Below, piece after piece: positions 1 through 8,888 of a stretch of DNA of 64,000 nt. The stretch lies in assembly GCA_041665305.1 (NCBI GenBank), contig JBAYJD010000008.1, forward strand, positions 9,209-73,208, read 5' to 3'. The notes under the pieces are model-generated. The model was not told where the DNA came from and ran no database searches. It saw only the letters and a list, made by a program, of their open reading frames with translations. Each line of letters starts with the position of its first letter. Position 1 is the first letter of the stretch. Source of the DNA: Elusimicrobiales bacterium (GTDB taxonomy: Bacteria; Elusimicrobiota; Elusimicrobia; Elusimicrobiales; UBA9959). Both the position numbers and the translations under genes were made by a program.

Positions 1-1
1 T

Positions 2-475
2 TACGAGGCGTTCGCGGCGAAAGCCGAAGCCGAAGGATATCTGGGCGCGGCGAGTCTGTTCAAAGCGGCGGCTTTGTCCGAAAGCATCCACGCGGCCAAG
101 CACGCCAAAGCGCTGGAAGCCATGGGCGCGACGCCCAAAGCCGAGCTTAAGACGCCGGTAGTGAAAGCAACCCGCGAGAACCTTAAAGAGGCTCTTAAAG
201 GCGAGAACCATGAAAGCAAAAAAATGTATCCGGCTTTCCTGAAAAAAGCCGAAGCCGACAAGAACCAGCAGGCCATATACAGTTTCAAGGGCGCGATGGC
301 CGCGGAAAAGATGCATGCCCGGTTCTTTGCCAAGGCCTTGGCCGACCTTAAGGACTGGAAGGCGAAAAAGAAATTCATCGTCTGCCAAACCTGCGGCTAT
401 ACTACCATGGACCTGTCGTTGAAAACCTGCCCGGTGTGCTCCCAGCCCCGCGAGCAGTTCAAAGAAGTGGAATAG
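2..475 (+). CDS. rubrerythrin family protein (5' end cut by window edge)
   Basis: Frame open from position 2. Ferritin-like helices with E/H pairs (ESIHAAKH, ENHESKKMYP, AEKMHARF). C-terminal rubredoxin-like CQTC...CPVC. Confidence 0.85.
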   Translation, partial: YEAFAAKAEAEGYLGAASLFKAAALSESIHAAKHAKALEAMGATPKAELKTPVVKATRENLKEALKGENHESKKMYPAFLKKAEADKNQQAIYSFKGAMAAEKMHARFFAKALADLKDWKAKKKFIVCQTCGYTTMDLSLKTCPVCSQPREQFKEVE

Positions 476-543
476 CGCAGCATGAGGGCACGAAGTCATG
501 AAGGCGATATTTAAAACTTTGCGGCTTCGCGGTTTATGAATAT

Positions 544-714
544 CTAGGAGCCTGTCCGACATAAGGAATTTTGGCTGCAATTGCCGTTTTTTGCCTGCGC
601 CTTTGCGTCGCTCAGCTTACAGTCTCATAGGAGACTGCTCGTTTCGAGTCGCTTCGGCTCGGCTTCAAAACCGTCAATTTCGCCTTAAAAACCTTATCCC
701 GGACAGGCTCCTAG
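544..714. repeat. 171-bp MITE-like imperfect palindromic element
   Basis: Terminal inverted repeats CTAGGAGCCTGTCCG (544-558, and reverse complement at 700-714). The arms pair imperfectly along their whole length. Central perfect hairpin cagtctc/gagactg. The left arm recurs at 32698-32744. Confidence 0.7.
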
Positions 715-768
715 GACCGGCTTTGTGAGCCTGGCCGCCCATGACTTTGTGCCCTTTGTTTTTTGTAT

Positions 769-2100
769 ATGAAAAAGCTACTGCTTGCCACCTTTCCCGT
801 CGGCGCGGCCGCAGCGCTGTACTTTTGGTTTTGCGATAACAGCTCAACCCCCGCCGGAAACCTTTTTGCCGACAGGGCGGGCCTGGTCCTGGCCTTCGGC
901 CGGCTGGCTGGGATCATAGCGGCGCTGGGTATTATGAAGCAGCTGCTGCTGATCTCCCGGGCCAAATGGCTTGAGCCGCTTTTCGGCCTGGACCGCCTCA
1001 CGCGCTTTCATCACCTGGCGGGGCTTCTTATCCCCATAGCCCTGTTGGCTCACCCCGTGCTGATCGTCCGGTACCATGCCATGCAGACGGGCAATAGCTT
1101 TATCGCCCAGTATCTTACGGTGCTTGGCTGGGAAGATGTCCTGGCCGCCGCCTGCGGGGCGCTGCTTATTATCTCCGCCGTGATCCTTTCGTTGCCTTTC
1201 GCGCGGCGGCGGCTGAGCTATGAGGCCTGGCACAACGCCCATCTGGCCTCTTATCTCGGTCTGGCGTTAGCCGTCGGCCACCAGTTCGCGCTGGGCGGGG
1301 ACCTTTCCGCGCCGCTTCCGTATTTCGCCAGGACCTGGTACGCGCTTTATGCTTTCGCCCTGGGCAACCTGGCCTGGGGCCGGGTTTTTAAACCCCTCTG
1401 GCTGTACCGCAAGCATAGGTTTGTGGTGGAAAAAATAGTGCCTGAAACCACGGAGGCGGAGTCTGTCTGGATAACCGGGTGCGACATGGCGTCGCTGCCC
1501 GCCGAAGCCGGCCAGTTCGCCCTGCTGCGCTTCTGGGCTCCCGGTTTCAGGTCCCAGGCCCACCCTTTTTCCATTTCAAAGCCGCCGGACGGCAATTATC
1601 TGCGGTTCACTATAAAAAAATCCGGTGATTTTACCGCTTCGGTGCATAATTCGCTGAAGCCCGGCACCCCGGTCCTTATAGACGGTCCCCACGGCGTTTT
1701 CACGGAAAAAAAATGCCTGGGCGACAAAGCCCTGTTCATCGCCGGGGGCATCGGCATCACGCCCCTGCGCTCGCTTGGCGAGCGGCTCCGGGCGTCCGGC
1801 AAGGACTGCGTCCTGCTTTACGCCAACCGCGCGCAGAAAGATATAGTTTTCAGACGGGAGCTGGAGGAACTTGAGGACCTGGGCGGTTTTACGGTGGACC
1901 ACATCCTCAGCGCCGATCCCGAATGGCCGGGCGAAAAAGGGCATATCGACGCCGGCCGGATAAAGCGCCTGGTCCCGGATTTCGCGGAGCGCGACGCCTT
2001 CCTGTGCGGTCCTCCGCCCATGATGACGGCGGTAACGAACGCGCTTATAAGCCTCGGCGTTTCCAGAACCCGCATACATTCCGAGCTCTTCTCGCTGTGA
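769..2100 (+). CDS. ferric-reductase-like transmembrane protein fused to an FAD/NAD(P)-binding oxidoreductase domain
   Basis: N-terminal multi-TM region with conserved His residues. HPFSIS flavin-binding motif. GGIGITP nucleotide-binding motif. C-terminal CGPPPM typical of the FNR-like family. ATG at 769 preferred over the TTG at 763. Confidence 0.8.
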   Translation: MKKLLLATFPVGAAAALYFWFCDNSSTPAGNLFADRAGLVLAFGRLAGIIAALGIMKQLLLISRAKWLEPLFGLDRLTRFHHLAGLLIPIALLAHPVLIVRYHAMQTGNSFIAQYLTVLGWEDVLAAACGALLIISAVILSLPFARRRLSYEAWHNAHLASYLGLALAVGHQFALGGDLSAPLPYFARTWYALYAFALGNLAWGRVFKPLWLYRKHRFVVEKIVPETTEAESVWITGCDMASLPAEAGQFALLRFWAPGFRSQAHPFSISKPPDGNYLRFTIKKSGDFTASVHNSLKPGTPVLIDGPHGVFTEKKCLGDKALFIAGGIGITPLRSLGERLRASGKDCVLLYANRAQKDIVFRRELEELEDLGGFTVDHILSADPEWPGEKGHIDAGRIKRLVPDFAERDAFLCGPPPMMTAVTNALISLGVSRTRIHSELFSL

Positions 2101-2138
2101 CCACAGGATGGCCATGGACATTCATGGCAGGCATTCCT

Positions 2139-3155
2139 TTATCTCTCCAGAATAAGTACGGCGTTGGGGGGGAGAACCGCCGGGAGGTCCCGCAGTTCCT
2201 CGAAGAGCGGCCGCCAGCCTTTCAGCGCCGGCGGGGGGAGCGGAGTTTCCTTTGCCGAGGGGTTAAGCAGTACAAGATAGCTGCGCCCGTTTTCTTTGTA
2301 AGCCGCAGCGCTCAGCGCCGGGCTAAGTCCCGCCGGAGGGGCGGTTTGCCGGCCTTTCAGGAACACCGGGGCCATGCGGTCCAGTTCCGCCGCCATCCGT
2401 TCGTAACTGCTCCAGCGCTCAGGCCGGTCGGCCAACGTCGTCCCGTCCTTGGAATGGTATGAGAAATAAAAAATACCCTTCGCGCCTCGTACAAGCGCCA
2501 GGTAGGTCATAAAGCGCACCTGTTCGAATGTGGGAAAACCTCCCACCTTCTTAACCCTGCGCTGCGGGTATTCCATCCAGTCGAAGGCCTGCAATACCGC
2601 CCACACGGGTTTGTCCGGATTTTTCGCGTCCAGCGCCTTCGCTCCTTCCCGCACAAGCGTCACCTGCTGGCCCACAGAGCCCAGCTCCAGGTGCGGCACC
2701 GGGTACCAGTCCACCATAAGTATGTCGGCGGCGCCGCCGTAGGTGAAGGCGGCGCCGCCTTCACCCATCACAAAAGCCGTTCTTTGCCCGGGGGACCACT
2801 CTTTTGCCCTCCGGTCCATCTTTGCAAGTTCCGCGAGAGGCACTTTGTGCACTTCCGGTTCGTCATAAAGATACCAGGCCAGCATAGGCCAGCTTTTGGC
2901 CGCCTTATCGTAGGCCGAGCCTATGATCATGTCGGGGGCGGCTAACATCTTAAGGCCCAGTTTCCCGGCCTCCTCCGCCAGCGCGGCCAGCAGTTCCGGA
3001 GACTGCCCATAGGTCTGGAAACAGTTGAAACCGGCGCGTTTTATGATCCGCAGTTCCTGCGGTTTGTTTATGCCGTACATGCACACCGGCATGTCGCCCG
3101 CGGCCCGGACGGGATCCGCGGCTGGTAAAAGGAAAAGCAAGAACAGAGTTTTCAT
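2139..3155 (-). CDS. secreted TIM-barrel glycoside-hydrolase-like protein (tentative)
   Basis: Signal peptide MKTLFLLFLLPAA. WYLYDEPE acid/base-like motif and alternating beta/alpha pattern. Function is not firmly recognised. Confidence 0.4.
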   Translation of the reverse strand: MKTLFLLFLLPAADPVRAAGDMPVCMYGINKPQELRIIKRAGFNCFQTYGQSPELLAALAEEAGKLGLKMLAAPDMIIGSAYDKAAKSWPMLAWYLYDEPEVHKVPLAELAKMDRRAKEWSPGQRTAFVMGEGGAAFTYGGAADILMVDWYPVPHLELGSVGQQVTLVREGAKALDAKNPDKPVWAVLQAFDWMEYPQRRVKKVGGFPTFEQVRFMTYLALVRGAKGIFYFSYHSKDGTTLADRPERWSSYERMAAELDRMAPVFLKGRQTAPPAGLSPALSAAAYKENGRSYLVLLNPSAKETPLPPPALKGWRPLFEELRDLPAVLPPNAVLILER

Positions 3156-3244
3156 TTGTAAAATCCCCATTTTATATGCTTGGACAAAGCACGCCTGTTT
3201 ATGGTATCATATCAGTATACCTAATTAGTCATGGAGACAGCAAA

Positions 3245-3889
3245 ATGAAGCTATTCTGGATAGCGTTGGCCGCGGCTTTGATAGGCATTTTAGGATTTTT
3301 TTCCATCAGGACCACGCCCGGTCCGTCGGACAGTTTAAAGATCGCCAGGATCACCGGCGTGGTTAATGTCGTAAAGGACGGCGCGGTGATAATGGCCCTT
3401 AAACCCGGCGACGCCTTCCCCGAGATCAAGGACGGCTCCATGACCTTTGTCGTGGCGTCCGGTTCCATGGAAATGCAATATGACGGCGGGACCATCACCG
3501 CGGGCCCCGGTTCCAGTTTTACCGTGACCTCCAGCAAGGGCCGTCTTGCCATCGCCCTGGGCCCCAGCGCTCCTGTCGCTATAAAAACCAAATTCAACCA
3601 GAATCTCTTGCTTACCCCCAGGAGCGAGGTTACCATGGTGACCTCCAACGACGAAGTGGAGGTGGGGGTGGGCAGAGGCGATGTTGTCGCAAGCAATTCT
3701 TCAGGCGGAGAGGTCCGCAACATTAAAGCCGGCGAAACCGCCTCCCTGCACGCCCCCGCGGGTTTTAGGGACGCCCCGGGCCTTTTGCCTAATACCCCGG
3801 AACCCCCGTCCTCGCCGCCGCCATCCACGACCGTCATTCCCACTCAGACCCTGGAGGAAGGAACAGAGGTAAGCGGCTCCAATCCGTAA
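3245..3889 (+). CDS. N-terminally anchored beta-rich protein, FecR-like region, paralog A
   Basis: Signal/anchor MKLFWIALAAALIGILGF. Roughly half the residues are identical to the 7465-8115 product. Pro/Ser-rich linker and shared C-terminal TLEEGxEVSGSNP. Confidence 0.6.
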   Translation: MKLFWIALAAALIGILGFFSIRTTPGPSDSLKIARITGVVNVVKDGAVIMALKPGDAFPEIKDGSMTFVVASGSMEMQYDGGTITAGPGSSFTVTSSKGRLAIALGPSAPVAIKTKFNQNLLLTPRSEVTMVTSNDEVEVGVGRGDVVASNSSGGEVRNIKAGETASLHAPAGFRDAPGLLPNTPEPPSSPPPSTTVIPTQTLEEGTEVSGSNP

Positions 3890-3916
3890 GGAGCCGGCGC
3901 TATCGATCGGAAAAAC

Positions 3917-5119
3917 ATGAAAAAAATTTTAACAACGGTTTTAATGCTGGCCTCGGTTAAGATGTGCGTCGCGCAGAACGCCCAGTTGGTCCAATTCGGC
4001 GACCTTGAAGTAAACCCGCTGATCCCGGTCCAACGCGGAATAAGTCCTCTGGTCGCGGTCCAGCAGGGGTACGACAGCAATATTTATCTCGACAAAAACG
4101 CTCCCAAAGCCGCCTGGATCAACCGCTCCGGCGTGGGCGTCGGTTTTGTAAGCAAAGGCGGTTCACGCCTTGATCTGAACGGCTCATACATGCTGGAGTT
4201 CTTGTCCTATTCCCGTTCCCCCAAGATCAACAATGCCACGCATCACCTGGCCACGCTGTCCGCCAAGGTCCTGCTGCCGCGGAATACCTCCGTCACCCTT
4301 GACGAAGATTATAAGCAGACCACGGACCAGGCCACCTCCGAACTCACCGCGCGCGCTTTGCGCGTGGAGAACACCGCCGGTGTCGCCGTGGAAGCCCCGC
4401 TTCGCGGTAAACTGGGTTTCAATCTGGCGGCGCAGCACACTTATAATAACTATCTGGCAGGCATCTACAATGTCCTGGACCGCCAGGAAGTCCTGGCCGG
4501 CGGCGACATCACTTATAAAGTGCAGCCCAAGACCAACTTGGTCCTCGGCTACCGTTACGGCACTATGAATTACCGTCTGGCCTCCGCCGAATCCGGCGAT
4601 TCTTCCTACAATAACCTATCTCTCGGCCTGACCGGAAATATAGCACCCAAGCTTGCGGGCCTTGTAATGGCCGGCGTCCAGTTCCGGAACTATGAGCAGC
4701 ACCTTAACCAAGCCAAAGATAAAGCGACCATCGGCGGCTATAGCGCCAGGCTGGCCTGGAAACCCGAGGAACTGACCGATGTTATCTTCTATGCCAAGCG
4801 GGCCGGTGTTGAAACCACATATCTCAACAGCCGCTATTACATCTCCAGCATGGGGGATGTAGAACTTTCGCGCCAGGTGCGCAAAATCAAGGCCTCCCTG
4901 GGCTTAGGATACGAAAGCGTTGTTTTTCCGGAAAAAACCGCAGCCACCGGCAAAAAACGCCGGGATAACAATACAGGCGTGCGCCTTACCGCCGAATACA
5001 ATATACAGACGTGGCTCAAAGCCGGCGCCGCCTACGCCTATAAGAACCGCGCCTCCAACGAAAGCGCCTTCGCGTACAGCGACAACCTGGTCAGCATAGA
5101 TCTTAAAGGAATGTTTTAA
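3917..5119 (+). CDS. outer-membrane beta-barrel protein associated with the polysaccharide locus
   Basis: Signal peptide ending VAQ. Alternating amphipathic beta-strand pattern rich in Y/G/N. C-terminal ...DLKGMF with terminal Phe typical of OMPs. Confidence 0.65.
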   Translation: MKKILTTVLMLASVKMCVAQNAQLVQFGDLEVNPLIPVQRGISPLVAVQQGYDSNIYLDKNAPKAAWINRSGVGVGFVSKGGSRLDLNGSYMLEFLSYSRSPKINNATHHLATLSAKVLLPRNTSVTLDEDYKQTTDQATSELTARALRVENTAGVAVEAPLRGKLGFNLAAQHTYNNYLAGIYNVLDRQEVLAGGDITYKVQPKTNLVLGYRYGTMNYRLASAESGDSSYNNLSLGLTGNIAPKLAGLVMAGVQFRNYEQHLNQAKDKATIGGYSARLAWKPEELTDVIFYAKRAGVETTYLNSRYYISSMGDVELSRQVRKIKASLGLGYESVVFPEKTAATGKKRRDNNTGVRLTAEYNIQTWLKAGAAYAYKNRASNESAFAYSDNLVSIDLKGMF

Positions 5120-5559
5120 CGGCCTTTGGGCGGCTTAAGTTTCTCCGCAACGAGCACCTTTACAGCCTCTTCTATCTGTTTCATCACCGCTTCGTAAACC
5201 GCGGCGCTTTTCCCCATCGGGTCCCGCAGTTCCCCGCCGGCCAGCAGGCGCGTCTTGCCTATGCTCCTGGGAAATTTATCCGCCAGTATTTCTGAATGCC
5301 CTTTCTCCATCACCAGGATCAGTTCGGCCCATTCTATATCCTCTTCCGTCACCAGGGCCGGTTTATGCGCGATGTCCGTTACCCCGGCCTGTTTTAAAAA
5401 AAATTCAATCTGCGCGGGCATCCGGCAGTAAGGCTGAGCGGCCGTGCCGCGCGAGCGGGCCATAAAACCGGCCTTGGCGCCGTAAAGCGTTAGTAGTTTT
5501 TCCGCCGCCGGGCTGCGGCACATATTACCCGTGCACACGAAAAGTATCTTCATCTCCAA
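5116..5559 (-). CDS. low-molecular-weight protein tyrosine phosphatase (Wzb-like)
   Basis: P-loop CTGNMCRS at the N-terminus and a downstream RDPMG with the general-acid Asp. 147 aa. Sits in a locus with a Wzc-like kinase. Confidence 0.9.
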   Translation of the reverse strand: MEMKILFVCTGNMCRSPAAEKLLTLYGAKAGFMARSRGTAAQPYCRMPAQIEFFLKQAGVTDIAHKPALVTEEDIEWAELILVMEKGHSEILADKFPRSIGKTRLLAGGELRDPMGKSAAVYEAVMKQIEEAVKVLVAEKLKPPKGR

Positions 5560-5639
5560 ATTTTACCTTAATTCCGGGGCATGTATATCTTGAATCTCCG
5601 TTAAATATACTGCCCCGGAATTGAAATAAGGTAAAATTT
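5558..5639. promoter_or_regulatory. long inverted repeat filling the divergent intergenic region
   Basis: Left arm aaattttaccttaattccggggca (5558-5581). Right arm tgccccggaattGAAATaaggtaaaattt (5611-5639), the reverse complement with a 5-nt insertion. Each arm abuts a start codon. Confidence 0.6.
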
Positions 5640-5647
5640 AGGCATTG

Positions 5648-7333
5648 ATGGAGATCTTGCTGCTGGGATCTGTTGTTTTTGCTCCGCTGGCTTTCGCTTC
5701 CGTGGAGCCTTGGGCTTTCGGCCTGTTGTATGCCGTCTTCTTCGGTATGGCGGCTTATATCTTTGTGACCGGCCGCGGGCGGGCCGCTAATCCGCTATAT
5801 AAAAATCTGCTGCCCGCCGTGCTGTGCGTGGCGGCTATAGGCCTGCTACAGGCCCTGACGGAAAATCCTGTCAGCGCGCATCCATCCCCGCTTTTTACCG
5901 CCTGGCGGCCCGCCACTCTTAACGCCGTGGTAACCTGGCTGTTCTATGCCTCCGTCCTTTATTGCGTGCCGCAGATAATCACTACCCCGCGCCGCCTTAA
6001 ACGGCTGCTGTGGGTGATATTCGCGACGGGGGTGTTTATAGCGCTTTTGGGCATGCTGCAAAAGACCGGGGATAATACTCTGGTCTACGGCCTGCGCCGG
6101 GTTCAGGGCGAGGAGCCGTTCGGCCCTTTCGTCAACCGCGATCACGCCGCCACTTTCCTTCTTATGTCTGTCATGTCCGGGCTGGGGTTGTTTGTTTCCG
6201 GGTTCGGGGCGTTGAGGCGGGGCCAGGGCCGCGCGCCATTTTTTGACGTGTTGGCCGCGCAGCTCCTTAAGTTGGTAATGATCTGCGCCGCGGTCTGCGG
6301 CCTCATCCGTACGGATTCGCGCGGGGGGCTGCATTCTTTCGCCCTGGTCTCGGCTGCCGCCGGGTTTATTTGCGCCGGTTCGCTTAAAGCGCGAAAATTA
6401 AGGATGGGAGTTTACGCCGGACTTATACTGCTTGCGGCGGTCTACGGCGTTTTTGTTTCACAGAATAAAAAACTGCTGGGCTTAAAGAACGGCTATTTCG
6501 ACACTTCGGTCGTCATGCGGTTTTCAATGTACAAAAGCGGGTTTGACATGTTCGGGGATTTCCCCGTGTTCGGCGTCGGCCTCGGCGCCGTGGAATACGC
6601 TTTCCCTTATTACAGGCTTCCGGGCATTCCCGAGGACCGCCTGGTGCGTCATGTGCATAGCGACTGGTTGGAACTTTTCCTCCAGACAGGTCTTGCCGGC
6701 GGGCTTCTTTACCTAGCCGGTTTCCTTGCCGCGCTGTATTTCTTTTTTAAAACCTGGTCCCGCGCGCGGTCGTTTACGCTCAAGGCTCTTTGCGGCGGCG
6801 CTTTGGGCGCGATAGCCGCGGTTTCGGCGCATAATCTGACGGAGTTCGGCACACAGATGCCGGCCAATGCGCTGGTTTTTTATATCCTGCTGGGCGCTCT
6901 CGCCTCGAAACCCGCCGTGGAAGGCAGGCCCCGCCACGATCCAGCGTGCGAAGAGCCGCCGCAACGCAGCCCCGCGCCTCTGCCCTATGCCGTTACGGCC
7001 GCCGTTTTGGCCGTGCTGCTTTCCGCCTGGACCCTGCCGCAGTTCATAGCCTGGCGTTATGACCGGCTGGCAAAGGACGCGCCTTTTGACCGGAAAATAA
7101 AATTCCGCGCCGCTTCGCTTAAATGGGCTCCCGGGCCGCAAGCCGCCTTCCGTCTTGGCGCGGATTACTACAACCAGGGCCTTATAGATAAAACAGCCCC
7201 CTGCGCCCTGTTCAGGGATTCACGGCAGGTCATAGAGCCGTATCTGCGCCGCGCCGCTGTAAATTACGATCTTAACCGACTGAAGGGGTTCCTTCTTCTG
7301 CAACTGGAGAATTGTTCCGCCAGTGCCGGGTAA
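5648..7333 (+). CDS. O-antigen ligase/polymerase family membrane protein (Wzy_C-type) with soluble C-terminal extension
   Basis: About 10 TM segments. Hallmark loop RFSMYKSG...FGVGLG...HVHSDWLELFLQTGLAGG. Confidence 0.8.
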   Translation: MEILLLGSVVFAPLAFASVEPWAFGLLYAVFFGMAAYIFVTGRGRAANPLYKNLLPAVLCVAAIGLLQALTENPVSAHPSPLFTAWRPATLNAVVTWLFYASVLYCVPQIITTPRRLKRLLWVIFATGVFIALLGMLQKTGDNTLVYGLRRVQGEEPFGPFVNRDHAATFLLMSVMSGLGLFVSGFGALRRGQGRAPFFDVLAAQLLKLVMICAAVCGLIRTDSRGGLHSFALVSAAAGFICAGSLKARKLRMGVYAGLILLAAVYGVFVSQNKKLLGLKNGYFDTSVVMRFSMYKSGFDMFGDFPVFGVGLGAVEYAFPYYRLPGIPEDRLVRHVHSDWLELFLQTGLAGGLLYLAGFLAALYFFFKTWSRARSFTLKALCGGALGAIAAVSAHNLTEFGTQMPANALVFYILLGALASKPAVEGRPRHDPACEEPPQRSPAPLPYAVTAAVLAVLLSAWTLPQFIAWRYDRLAKDAPFDRKIKFRAASLKWAPGPQAAFRLGADYYNQGLIDKTAPCALFRDSRQVIEPYLRRAAVNYDLNRLKGFLLLQLENCSASAG

Positions 7334-7464
7334 ATACCGATACACCGCCCGAGCCGGTCAGGATCGGTAGCCCATATGGCAGACGGGGGAACCTGAAATC
7401 GACAGCCACCCCGAAAATAAGCTATAATCATAGATTATCCACACATCACCACGGAGACAGAAGA

Positions 7465-8115
7465 ATGAAACTATTTCAAATAGCGATATTGACGGTTGCG
7501 GTATCCTTCGGCGCCGGCGCTTTTGCCAAGCCGCCGTCACGGCCGGCGGGGGACCTAAAGATCACCGGGGTCACCGGTACCGTTAATATCGTAAAGAACG
7601 GCGCTGTGGTAATGACCATTAAGGCGGGCGACGCCCTCCCCGCAGTTAAAGACGGCTCCATGTCGTTTGTCGTGGTGGACGGCTCACTCGAACTGCAATA
7701 TGGCGGCGGAACCATTACCGCCGGCCTCGGCGCCAGCTTCACCATAACAGACAACAAAGGCCGTGTTTCCATAACACTGGGCTCCAGCGCTCCGGTATCC
7801 ATAAAAACCAAATTCGGCCAGAATGTGCTGCTTACCGCAAACAGCCAGGCCGCTATAATTACGAAGAACAACAAAGTGGAAGTGAAGGTGGTTAAGGGGC
7901 ATGTCGTTACAAGCAACGCCTCCGGAGGCGACACGCGCGATCTCAAAGCCGGCGAAACCGTTTTTCTGCGCGCGCCCGTGACGCACAGGGACGCGCCCGG
8001 TCTTTCCGACAAGCATGATCATGACGAGCCGACCCCGTCGGACCCGTCGCAGACGACGGTACACCCGACCCGCACCCTGGAAGAAGGTGAAGAGGTCAGC
8101 GGTTCCAATCCTTAA
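7465..8115 (+). CDS. N-terminally anchored beta-rich protein, FecR-like region, paralog B
   Basis: Signal peptide MKLFQIAILTVAVSFGAGAFA. Colinear with the 3245-3889 product. Same C-terminal TLEEGEEVSGSNP. Confidence 0.6.
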   Translation: MKLFQIAILTVAVSFGAGAFAKPPSRPAGDLKITGVTGTVNIVKNGAVVMTIKAGDALPAVKDGSMSFVVVDGSLELQYGGGTITAGLGASFTITDNKGRVSITLGSSAPVSIKTKFGQNVLLTANSQAAIITKNNKVEVKVVKGHVVTSNASGGDTRDLKAGETVFLRAPVTHRDAPGLSDKHDHDEPTPSDPSQTTVHPTRTLEEGEEVSGSNP

Positions 8116-8158
8116 ATTACGGCTTCAATCGCGCTCTTTGTGATATAATCATATCCAT

Positions 8159-8812
8159 ATGAAGACAGGCGCTATATTAGTTCTAACCATGTTCGTTTCC
8201 GCTTGCGCCGGGCCGCGTCCCGCGCATCCCCCGGTTAACGCGCCTGACCAGCAGTCCGCCATGGAACAGCGCCTGCTTAAAGCTGCCGCCGACCTCAAGA
8301 GCCAGAGCCAGGCAAACTACAAAATACAACCCGGCGACCTGCTGGAAATAACCGTCTTCAAAGAAGCCGACATGTCCCGCACCGCGCGCGTAAGCGGCAA
8401 CGGCACCGTAACTTTCCCGCTGGCCGGCAATCTTAAGCTTGCGGACCTTTCCGTGCCCGACGCCGAAAGGTTCCTGGCCGAAAAACTTTCCGAATTTCTG
8501 GTCAAACCGCAGATCTCCGTGCTCATAAAGGAATACGGCAACAAGCAGATCTATGTGCTGGGCGAGGTTAAAAAGCCCGGCGCCATACAACTGCCGCCGG
8601 AGGGCCGGCTTACCGTGCTTGAGGCTATAACCCTGGCCGGCGGCTTCACGGATCTCGCCGCCCCGGACCGTACCAAGGTGCTGCGCAACGCCAACGGCCA
8701 GAACCAGAACATCCCGGTGGATATCGGCCGCATCACCAAACAGGGAGACAAAAGCGCCGACATTTTCCTCGAACCTAACGACACCGTTTATGTCCCCCAA
8801 AGTTTTTTTTGA
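8159..8812 (+). CDS. polysaccharide export protein (Wza-like, Poly_export + SLBB)
   Basis: Lipoprotein-like MFVSAC. YKIQPGDLLEITVF...VSGNGTVTFPLAGNLKLADLS and a second SLBB-like IYVLGEVKKPG. Confidence 0.9.
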   Translation: MKTGAILVLTMFVSACAGPRPAHPPVNAPDQQSAMEQRLLKAAADLKSQSQANYKIQPGDLLEITVFKEADMSRTARVSGNGTVTFPLAGNLKLADLSVPDAERFLAEKLSEFLVKPQISVLIKEYGNKQIYVLGEVKKPGAIQLPPEGRLTVLEAITLAGGFTDLAAPDRTKVLRNANGQNQNIPVDIGRITKQGDKSADIFLEPNDTVYVPQSFF

Positions 8813-8888
8813 GCGTCCAGCCGTCTGACCGTCCGGCGGTTTTCGTGGCCGGGCGGTCTTATTCTTATGACTAATCAGGAAAAAATTT

